Positions 8,297 through 16,075 of a stretch of DNA of 55,158 nt are shown here, in pieces. Source of the stretch: an uncultured Candidatus Kuenenia sp. (GTDB lineage Bacteria > Planctomycetota > Phycisphaerae > Sedimentisphaerales > CAMDDF01); assembly GCA_964542055.1 (NCBI GenBank), contig CAZITB010000001.1:1-55158 (forward strand). The letters run 5' to 3'. The notes beneath the pieces are model-generated. The model was given only the letters and a program-made list of their open reading frames with translations, ran no database searches and was not told where the DNA came from. The position numbers were made by a program, and so were the translations under genes. Each line of letters opens with the position of its first letter. The stretch's first letter is position 1.

Positions 8297-10339
8297 TTAA
8301 TTCAAAGTTTCTTCTATTGTTATATCTTTTTTCGTCTCGTCTTTTTTCTTGGGCAGCACCACCGTAAACGTCGTGCCGGTGGGCCCTTTTTCAGCATCAG
8401 CATTCGATTCTACCAGGATATCGCCATTGTGCATTTTTACAATACCATAAGTTACCGCAAGGCCAAGACCTGTACCCAGCCCCATCTCCTTGGTTGTAAA
8501 AAACGGCTCAAAAATCTTCGATAGAATATCTTCCCTGATTCCGATTCCAGTATCACTTACTTTTATTTCAATTCTATCGTCTTTATCGTTAAGTTCAATG
8601 CTCAAATCTCCCTTTTCGTTCATGGCTGAAATCGCATTAGAAACAAGGTTAGTCAAAACCTGTCCGATTTGATCGCTATCAATATATACAATATTATCGT
8701 CTAGATTATTTTCAATTTTTATATGTATTCTTGGATCAGACCTGTATGTCTGAACGGTACGACAAATTAACTCATAAATATCCGTCGGATGAAGCATTAC
8801 TTTATTTTTACGTGCAAAATTAAGCAAACCTGAAACGATCTTCTTACACCTGTCTGCCTGCTCGGTTATAATTTGCAAATCATCGCTTACTTGCTGATTA
8901 TCCTTTAACTCATCGAGCAGCAAGTGGGCATACATCAAAACCACACCAAGCGGATTATTCACTTCATGAGCAATTCCCGCAGCAAGCTGACCCATACTCG
9001 CAAGCTTTTCGGACTGCATCAAAGCCTCCTGCGTACTGGCAAGCTGAGTATTCGAACTGGCTAGCTGCTTTATAGTCTTATGAAGCCGCTCAATTGTAAA
9101 CGGCAGACACATTTCACTTTCAGCTAAACCCTTCAATATCGCAACCGCATGTTCCCGGCAGGTATCATAACCGCATGCTCCGCAGTTAAGCTCATCTTCT
9201 TTAGTAAACTTGCCCATTCTATGCAAAACATCATCGAGAACGGTATCGACCGGTATTTGAATTCTTTGATCATACTTTTCAAATTTTCGCGTAAGATCAA
9301 GCCCTTTGAGATTTTCAACATGGGCTTTCCATTGCTCAATATCAAAATTCTCTCTTCTTGATCGCGCGAATTCGCTGATTTTAGCCTGGCGATTAAACCT
9401 CGGGTTTGAATTTGACATTCCAGGGCCCATTATACACCCGCTGCATGCCAGAACTTCTAACAATTTTACTTGAAGATCACCAGAATCGAACTCTTTAAAA
9501 GCATCGATATAGCTGCTGCCGCCCTCTACTGCGATAACTTCTCCCTGGACCAAATCATCATTGATTTCAGCTGCCTGAAACAGCCCTCTGCCAATTGGAA
9601 AAATTGCACCGGTGCCCGCATGAGGTCCATCAAATTCAGACTCTTCAACTTCGCCGGATGTAATACCAGCTTCATCTAGCATCTCTCTTAGCTCCGCAAA
9701 AGTTAAAACCGCCTCAACTTCATCAGGAAGATTAACGCTAGATGCTTCACCTTTTTTAGCAATACACGGACCAATAAAAACTATCTTCAAATCCTCGCCA
9801 TGAAACTTCTTTAATGCTCTTGCCATCGCCACCATAGGCGAAACTATAGGTGCCAGATTGCCAACAAGTTCAGGATGATATCTTTCAACGTAAGCAACTA
9901 TGGATGGGCAGGTCGTCGCGATAAAACGGCACTTCGGGTCACATTCGCTCAACAGCCTTTTATACGCCTCCGCAACTAAATCCGCACCAAATGCAACTTC
10001 ATTAACCAGGTCAAAACCTAACTTTCTCAGCATTGCGACCACGGCTTTATAATTATAATCAGTAAATTCAGCAGGAAAACTCGGAGCAACTATAGCTGCA
10101 ACCTTTACGTTTTCGCTTAATAACTTTTTTACTTGAGGCTTGGAATCCTGAATTTTCTTCGCGCTCTGACTGCAAACCCTTACACAGTTACCACAACCAA
10201 TACATCGCTGGGGAATCACCTCCGCCTGACCATCCGCGATCCGGATAGCTTTAGCGGGGCATTCACGAACACATGTAAAGCATATTCGACAATGCTCTTT
10301 GATCGTGGTTACCAATGGTTTATTATCAGAATCTTTCAT
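8297..10339 (-). CDS. [FeFe]-hydrogenase-like sensor domain fused to a histidine kinase (HydS-like, kinase-linked)
   Basis: From N to C: a 2x[4Fe-4S] ferredoxin ([23 protein letters not shown]), then an H-domain-like region ([28 protein letters not shown]). This is followed by a Cx2Cx4Cx16C motif ([26 protein letters not shown]), a coiled coil, the H-box AHEVNNPL and an HATPase (DTGIGI, GTGLGL). Confidence 0.8.
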   Translation of the reverse strand: MKDSDNKPLVTTIKEHCRICFTCVRECPAKAIRIADGQAEVIPQRCIGCGNCVRVCSQSAKKIQDSKPQVKKLLSENVKVAAIVAPSFPAEFTDYNYKAVVAMLRKLGFDLVNEVAFGADLVAEAYKRLLSECDPKCRFIATTCPSIVAYVERYHPELVGNLAPIVSPMVAMARALKKFHGEDLKIVFIGPCIAKKGEASSVNLPDEVEAVLTFAELREMLDEAGITSGEVEESEFDGPHAGTGAIFPIGRGLFQAAEINDDLVQGEVIAVEGGSSYIDAFKEFDSGDLQVKLLEVLACSGCIMGPGMSNSNPRFNRQAKISEFARSRRENFDIEQWKAHVENLKGLDLTRKFEKYDQRIQIPVDTVLDDVLHRMGKFTKEDELNCGACGYDTCREHAVAILKGLAESEMCLPFTIERLHKTIKQLASSNTQLASTQEALMQSEKLASMGQLAAGIAHEVNNPLGVVLMYAHLLLDELKDNQQVSDDLQIITEQADRCKKIVSGLLNFARKNKVMLHPTDIYELICRTVQTYRSDPRIHIKIENNLDDNIVYIDSDQIGQVLTNLVSNAISAMNEKGDLSIELNDKDDRIEIKVSDTGIGIREDILSKIFEPFFTTKEMGLGTGLGLAVTYGIVKMHNGDILVESNADAEKGPTGTTFTVVLPKKKDETKKDITIEETLN

Positions 10340-10341
10340 AA

Positions 10342-12063
10342 TTATTTAACAACTTCTCTGCGACCGTATTTAGTATGTAAAAGCTCATGACTCTTATGGC
10401 TCAAAGGCTTGCCCAAAAATTCTTTATAAAGCTTCTCAATAGACTTATTCTTGTGCGACACACGAATAGGCTCATCCCTATCGATCTTATAAAGAGTTTT
10501 CATTCTTGCAGCAACCGCATCAGAATTAGCATTCAAAGGTTGACCGCCTCCAGCGATACACCCGCCCGGACATGTCATTACTTCGATAAAGTGAATATCG
10601 TCTCTGCCTTCTTTGATTTGATCAAGCAGCTTTGATGCATTACCAAGCCCGCTGACAACGGCGACACCTATTTCCATATCATTGACTTTAACCTTAGCTT
10701 CTTTGAGGCCTTTATTGCCGCGAACTTCTTTAACATTCAAATCTTCCATTTCTTTGCCGGTTAACAAGTAATGCGCCGTTCTAATCGCCGCTTCCATTAC
10801 TCCACCGCTTGAACCAAAGAGTTTACCCGCCGTCGAACGCTCACCAAAAGGATTATCAGCCAAAGACGGCTCAAGGTTATTCATATCAATTCCATAAAGT
10901 CTGATCAGTTCCGCAAACTCTCTTGTCGTCAAAACTACATCAACATCCTGTGTAGCATTTCTGCCCATTTCAGGCCGCTCAGCCTCAAATTTCTTGGCTG
11001 TACAAGGCATCACAGAAACACTGTATATCTTCTTAGGGTCTATTCCCTCATTTTCAGCATAATAACTTTTTATAATCGCCCCTAACATCTGCTGCGGGCT
11101 CTTACAGGTCGAAAGATTTTCCATAAACTCAGGATAATGCTGTTCTACGAACTTGATCCATCCCGGTGAACAGCTTGTAATCATTGGTAATTTACCGCCG
11201 GTCTTAATTCGTTCAACAAGCTCTGAACCTTCTTCCATAATTGTCAAATCAGCGGAAAAACTCGTGTTAAACACTTTGGCAAAACCAAGGTTTCTAAATG
11301 CTGTTGTCATTATTCCATCTACATCAACACCGGATTTCATCCCGAATTCCTCTGCCAAACTAACTGAAACCGCCGGAGCATGCTGAACAACAACATGCAG
11401 ATCAGGGTCCTTCAAAGCATTAATAACATCTTTAACATTGCTCTGCTCTTTCAAAGCACCTGTAGGACATGCCAGAATACACTGACCGCAATTTATGCAG
11501 CTCGAAACGTTCAATCCCTGGTCAAACGCGGTGCTTACAACAGATTTACTTCCTCGACCGGTAAAATCTATCGCCGAAACACCTTGCACTTCTTCACAAA
11601 TTCTTACACATCTGCCGCAAAGGATACATTTGCTTGGATCGCGTACGATCGAAGGGCTTGAATTATCAATTTTATAATTATTTTTTTCACCCACATAAAC
11701 TCGTTCGCGTACACCGAAATCAGCCGCAAGTTTTTGAAGTTCGCAGTTATTGTTTCTCACGCAAAACAAACAGTCATCCGGGTGGTCTGCCAAAAGCAGC
11801 TCAACAATACTTTTTCTTGCCAGCATGACCCTTTTCGAATGCGTCTGCACTTTCATTCCTTCAGCTACCGGGTAAGCACAACTCGGCACCAAACCCGGGA
11901 CACCTTCGATTTCTACAACACACATTCGACAAGCACCGCTCGGAGCAAGCCCTTCTATATAGCAAAGCGTTGGAATTTCTATACCCGCTCTCCTAAGAGC
12001 CGCCAAAAGCATTTCATCTTTACGTGCGTCAATTTTTTTGCCGTTTACTTCTAAATTTATCAT
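10342..12063 (-). CDS. hydA: [FeFe] hydrogenase catalytic subunit (M3-type, HydABC-type partner)
   Basis: N-terminal 2Fe-2S region, a His/Cys cluster (HPDDCLFCVRNNNC) and two 4Fe-4S motifs. H-cluster motifs are MPCTAKKFE and EVMTCPGGCIAGGGQP. The L1 motif reads TSCSPGW rather than TSCCPxW. Confidence 0.9.
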   Translation of the reverse strand: MINLEVNGKKIDARKDEMLLAALRRAGIEIPTLCYIEGLAPSGACRMCVVEIEGVPGLVPSCAYPVAEGMKVQTHSKRVMLARKSIVELLLADHPDDCLFCVRNNNCELQKLAADFGVRERVYVGEKNNYKIDNSSPSIVRDPSKCILCGRCVRICEEVQGVSAIDFTGRGSKSVVSTAFDQGLNVSSCINCGQCILACPTGALKEQSNVKDVINALKDPDLHVVVQHAPAVSVSLAEEFGMKSGVDVDGIMTTAFRNLGFAKVFNTSFSADLTIMEEGSELVERIKTGGKLPMITSCSPGWIKFVEQHYPEFMENLSTCKSPQQMLGAIIKSYYAENEGIDPKKIYSVSVMPCTAKKFEAERPEMGRNATQDVDVVLTTREFAELIRLYGIDMNNLEPSLADNPFGERSTAGKLFGSSGGVMEAAIRTAHYLLTGKEMEDLNVKEVRGNKGLKEAKVKVNDMEIGVAVVSGLGNASKLLDQIKEGRDDIHFIEVMTCPGGCIAGGGQPLNANSDAVAARMKTLYKIDRDEPIRVSHKNKSIEKLYKEFLGKPLSHKSHELLHTKYGRREVVK

Positions 12064-12078
12064 TATAAACCCTTATTT

Positions 12079-13962
12079 TTACTCAATAATAACAGCGTCA
12101 AATGGACAAACCTGTTTACAGTTTCCGCAACCGATACACAGTTCATCAACGATATAATGAGGAGCCTTTCTAACACCCTTGATCGCGTCAACAGGGCACT
12201 TCTTGGCACACAAGGTACAACCTTTACACTTTTCCTCATCAATCTTATAATTCAGCAATTCAGTACAAACTCCGGCTGAACATTTTCTCTCATAAATATG
12301 ATCTTCATATTCTTTACGGAACCATCGCAAGGTACTCAAAACCGGATTAGGAGCTGTTTGACCAAGCCCGCAAAGACTCGTATCTTTAATCACATTGGCA
12401 AGCCTCTGCAAATTCATAATGCCCTTAAACCTGACAAGTGCATCTTTACCTTTTTCGTTCTTATGGCTTTGAGTTATCCTGTGCAAAATCTCAAGCATTC
12501 TCCGGGTACCTTCACGGCACGGAATACATTTTCCGCAACTTTCCCGCTGGATAAAATCCATAAAGAACTTCGCGACATCGACCATGCAGGTTCCTTCATC
12601 CATAACTACCATACCGCCCGAACCCATCATCGCGCCAACCGTTTTAAGCGATTCATAATCGATCTGAATATCGATATGCTCAGCAGGAATACATCCGCCC
12701 GAGGGTCCGCCCATCTGAACCGCCTTGAACTTCTTATCATTTTCGATACCGCCGCCGATATCATTGACTATTTCCCGAACAGTAGTTCCCATTGCAACTT
12801 CGATCAAACCGGTATTCTTGACTTTACCGCTTAACGCAAAAACTTTAGTACCTTTGCTTGTCTCTGTTCCGATTGAATGGAAAAACTCAGGACCCTTGGA
12901 AATGATCTCAGGCAGGTTTGCCAGTGTTTCGACATTATTGATGACCGTAGGCTTATTAAATACTCCCTGAACCGCTGGATACGGTGGCCTCGGCCTGGGC
13001 ATACCGCGTTTACCTTCGATACTGTGAATAAGAGCTGTCTCTTCACCGCAAACAAAAGCACCGGCACCCTTTTTGATTACTATATTCAACTCGAAACCGC
13101 TTCTAAGGATATTCTCACCAAGCAAACCAAACTTCTTCGCTTCCTCGATAGCCTTCTCTAACCTCTTAATTGCCAGAGGATATTCTGCACGGATATAAAT
13201 ATAAGCCTTTGTAGCCCCAATCGCGTAAGCAGCTATCGCAATACCTTCCAGCAGCCTGTGCGGATCGCCTTCGATTACCGCCCTGTCCATAAACGCACCC
13301 GGATCACCTTCATCAGCATTGCATACCAGGTACTTCTGGTCCGCCGAAGCATTCAAGGCGAACTTCCACTTCCTTCCAGCAGGAAATCCGCCGCCGCCGC
13401 GGCCTCTCAATCCGCTTGATTCAACCAGGTCACAAACTTCAACTGGTGTGTGATTCGAAATTATCTTCGCAAATCCCTTGTAACCGCCCTTGGCTGCATA
13501 TTCCTCGATACTGGTCGGGTCAATCAGTCCGCAGTTCTTAAGCACTAGCCGAGTCTGAGACTTAAAGAACGGATGTTCATTGATAAACACAACACCATCC
13601 CAGCCCTGCGTTTCTTCCGATAGCTTCTGCTGATACAAAACGCTTTCACTCAACGGCTGACCGTCCAAAACACTCTTTAGAATCTCTTCTACATTATCAT
13701 TCTTAACTCGCTTAAACGCCAGCCTGTTCTTGCCCGGTACTTCAACTTCCATGATCGGCTCAACTGTACAATAACCGATACAGCCAACCTCAACCACTTC
13801 GGCATTTACTTTTTGAGCATCAATAAATTCATTGATCTTTTGCAATGTTTCACCGGCACCGGCACCAAGCCCGCAGGTTCCGGTTCCAAGATAGATATAT
13901 GTTTTCGCCTGGTCTTTTTCTTTGACAGGTATATTGATAATAGGTTCATTAACTTTGGTCAT
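12079..13962 (-). CDS. hydB: NADH-binding flavoprotein subunit of bifurcating hydrogenase (NuoF-like)
   Basis: 627 aa. Thioredoxin-like 2Fe-2S N-terminus, NuoF core (GRGGGGFPAG, NADEGDPGAF, CGKCIPCREG) and a C-terminal 2x[4Fe-4S] (CKGCTLCAKKCP, CIGCGNCKQVCP). Confidence 0.9.
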   Translation of the reverse strand: MTKVNEPIINIPVKEKDQAKTYIYLGTGTCGLGAGAGETLQKINEFIDAQKVNAEVVEVGCIGYCTVEPIMEVEVPGKNRLAFKRVKNDNVEEILKSVLDGQPLSESVLYQQKLSEETQGWDGVVFINEHPFFKSQTRLVLKNCGLIDPTSIEEYAAKGGYKGFAKIISNHTPVEVCDLVESSGLRGRGGGGFPAGRKWKFALNASADQKYLVCNADEGDPGAFMDRAVIEGDPHRLLEGIAIAAYAIGATKAYIYIRAEYPLAIKRLEKAIEEAKKFGLLGENILRSGFELNIVIKKGAGAFVCGEETALIHSIEGKRGMPRPRPPYPAVQGVFNKPTVINNVETLANLPEIISKGPEFFHSIGTETSKGTKVFALSGKVKNTGLIEVAMGTTVREIVNDIGGGIENDKKFKAVQMGGPSGGCIPAEHIDIQIDYESLKTVGAMMGSGGMVVMDEGTCMVDVAKFFMDFIQRESCGKCIPCREGTRRMLEILHRITQSHKNEKGKDALVRFKGIMNLQRLANVIKDTSLCGLGQTAPNPVLSTLRWFRKEYEDHIYERKCSAGVCTELLNYKIDEEKCKGCTLCAKKCPVDAIKGVRKAPHYIVDELCIGCGNCKQVCPFDAVIIE

Positions 13963-14442
13963 TTATGACACCTTCTTTCGATATATTTCCAAAATTCTTT
14001 TTACATCATCCGGGTTGACATTCGCATGGAATTGTCCATCGATACAAATAACAGGAGCAAGCCCGCACGCACCTATACAAGCCACAACTTCCAAACTGAA
14101 ATTACCGTCTTTGGTCGTCTCGCCCGCATCGATGGCCAATTCACTTTTGAGTGCTTCCAGAACCTTCGCCGATCCTTTTACATGGCAAGCCGTTCCCCGA
14201 CATACCTGTATTTCGAATTTCCCCGGCTTATTGAACCTGAACTGATTATAAAATGTAGCAACTCCGTAAATCTTAGCCGCTGACAGATTTAAATGCTGCC
14301 CAATTTCGATAATGGCTTGCTTTGATAAATAACCATCCAATTGCTGAACTTCCTGCAGAATCGGGATCAAACTGTCCCTTTTCGCATCTGTGTACTTTTT
14401 CAAAACTTCCTGTGCTTTAGTTGTTACCACTTTTTTCTCCAT
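13963..14442 (-). CDS. hydC: NuoE-like 2Fe-2S subunit of bifurcating hydrogenase
   Basis: NuoE motifs LIPILQEVQ, VCRGTACHVKG and CIGACGLAP. Start moved to the internal MEKKVV, since the tracked ORF start at 14502 lies deep inside rex. The start remains uncertain because the RBS is weak. Confidence 0.85.
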   Translation of the reverse strand: MEKKVVTTKAQEVLKKYTDAKRDSLIPILQEVQQLDGYLSKQAIIEIGQHLNLSAAKIYGVATFYNQFRFNKPGKFEIQVCRGTACHVKGSAKVLEALKSELAIDAGETTKDGNFSLEVVACIGACGLAPVICIDGQFHANVNPDDVKRILEIYRKKVS

Positions 14443-15070
14443 CAACTTTTTGAGTTTTTCTAGCAAAATGCGCCACTTTCTCCAGCGACATTGTGAAATC
14501 AACTTTATCTACATAAACATTTTCCGGAACATTGAGTTTTACCGGTGCAAAATTTACTATTCCATTAACCCCAGCGGAAACCAGCTTTTCAGCCACTTCC
14601 TGTGCGTAAGTAACGGGTACTGCTATTATTGCCAGATTGATTTTGTCTTTTTTGATGACATCTTCCATTTCATCAGTGGCATAAACTCTGCATCCATGAA
14701 TTACTCGACCGATTTTGTCTGGGTCTTTATCAAAACACGCTTTGATTACAACATTTGGCCTACGGCCGTGAAAAAAAGCCAATACCGCCCTGCCTAAATT
14801 ACCCACACCCACCAATGCCACACCATCGGGCTCATGCGAGACAAGAAACTTATCTATACCTTCTTTTAGATCTTTCAGATCATATCCAGTATTGGCCCGC
14901 CCCTGGGTACCAATAAACATAAAATCCCTGCGAACCTGGGAACTGGTAACACCTGATAGTTCTGCAAGTTGATGAGAATAAACAGACTTTTTGCCGCCTT
15001 TGAGCATCTCCTCAATAAGCCTTCTGTAAAAGCTCAATCTTTCAACAGTTTTAACTGGGGTAGAATTCAC
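14417..15070 (-). CDS. rex: redox-sensing transcriptional repressor Rex
   Basis: Winged-helix N-terminus (RLSFYRRLIEEM, SHQLAELSGVTSSQVRRD) and Rossmann motif GVGNLGRAV. GTG start with an AGAGGG RBS. Its 3' end overlaps hydC. Confidence 0.9.
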   Translation of the reverse strand: MNSTPVKTVERLSFYRRLIEEMLKGGKKSVYSHQLAELSGVTSSQVRRDFMFIGTQGRANTGYDLKDLKEGIDKFLVSHEPDGVALVGVGNLGRAVLAFFHGRRPNVVIKACFDKDPDKIGRVIHGCRVYATDEMEDVIKKDKINLAIIAVPVTYAQEVAEKLVSAGVNGIVNFAPVKLNVPENVYVDKVDFTMSLEKVAHFARKTQKVDGEKSGNN

Positions 15071-15093
15071 TTAAAATTCCCTCTTCTACAATA

Positions 15094-15111
15094 TTGTTAT
15101 TAGGTTAACAG
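15094..15111. promoter_or_regulatory. candidate Rex operator
   Basis: TTGTTAT-TAGG-TTAACAG matches the TTGTTAA-N4-TTAACAA variant of the Rex box at 16 of 18 positions, counting the 4 unconstrained spacer bases (12 of the 14 specified half-site positions). It lies 24-41 nt upstream of the rex GTG. Extra TTGTGAA/TTGTTAA half-sites lie at 15119-15140. Confidence 0.4.
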
Positions 15112-15130
15112 CGTTACAATATTCACAATA

Positions 15131-15159
15131 ATATTAACAAATACGCACAAGATCATCAA
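15131..15159 (-). promoter_or_regulatory. candidate promoter of the rex-hyd operon (TTGATG - 17 nt - TAATAT on the minus strand)
   Basis: Hexamers read on the reverse complement, with the Rex-like sites immediately downstream. Pattern only. Confidence 0.25.
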
Positions 15160-15250
15160 GAAGTTTTGGGTAATTTTTAAAAATATTGTGAAAAAAAAGA
15201 CGATTTAATAAATAACATGACAATACAACGTTTGAAATATGCTTTTGTTC

Positions 15251-16048
15251 TTACAAATTTTCCTTTACATAATTCACCGCGTTTTTAAATATTGTCACTC
15301 CGTCTTGCCGTTTTTCACCCCCTAGCCTGGTCCAGTGTGGATGCTGGCTATGCCTGACAAACCTCTCAGGATGAGGCATTAAACCCAATATACGACCTGT
15401 TCTATCGGTCAATCCCGCAATATCGCAAGTCGAACCATTAGGATTGACCGGAAAACAACCGCTGTTACCTTCACAATCGACATATCTAAAAGCCACATGA
15501 CCATCTGATTTTAACTTCTCCAATACCCCATCATCTTTTACCAGAACTTTGCCTTCTCCGTGAGCAACAGGCAGATAAATAATCTCATCGGGATTGATAA
15601 AGACGCATTTATTGCCGACAGGCATCAAATGCACCCACCTATCCTCAAATCTGCCAGAATCATTATAAGTGATAGTAACCTGCTGCTGCGCACCGTTTGC
15701 ATCCATATTTTCATCGATCGCTGGCAAAAGACCACTTTTAACCAGTACCTGAAAACCATTACAAATTCCCAGAATAAGCTTTCCATCAGCCACAAACTTT
15801 TTGAACACTTCCGAAAGATGATGAATAACCTGGTTTGCCAGAATCTTCCCTGCCGCAACGTCATCACCAAAACTGAATCCTCCCGGGAAAACCGCTATCT
15901 GGTAATCATCCAGCATGCTCTTATTGTCGATTATTTTATTTATATGAACCATATCAGCATCTGCCCCTGCCAATTCAAGAGCATAAGCCGTTTCCTTATC
16001 ACAGTTTATCCCTGCCGCACGCAAAACTAAAGCTTTTACATTTTCCAT
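15251..16048 (-). CDS. purQ: phosphoribosylformylglycinamidine synthase, glutamine amidotransferase subunit
   Basis: 265 aa. Class I amidotransferase with the GICNGFQ nucleophile elbow and the MPHPER motif. Adjacent to purL. Confidence 0.9.
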   Translation of the reverse strand: MENVKALVLRAAGINCDKETAYALELAGADADMVHINKIIDNKSMLDDYQIAVFPGGFSFGDDVAAGKILANQVIHHLSEVFKKFVADGKLILGICNGFQVLVKSGLLPAIDENMDANGAQQQVTITYNDSGRFEDRWVHLMPVGNKCVFINPDEIIYLPVAHGEGKVLVKDDGVLEKLKSDGHVAFRYVDCEGNSGCFPVNPNGSTCDIAGLTDRTGRILGLMPHPERFVRHSQHPHWTRLGGEKRQDGVTIFKNAVNYVKENL

Positions 16049-16075
16049 TGCTATTTCATTCCAAACTAAATTATC

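Noticed and set aside
12298-12834. 178-aa plus-strand ORF inside hydB
   Set aside because: It is a shadow ORF opposite a well-supported NuoF-like gene and has no motifs.
14443-14502. N-terminal 20 codons of the tracked hydC ORF (MISQCRWRKW...)
   Set aside because: They lie entirely inside the rex coding sequence in another frame. NuoE homology starts after the internal Met.
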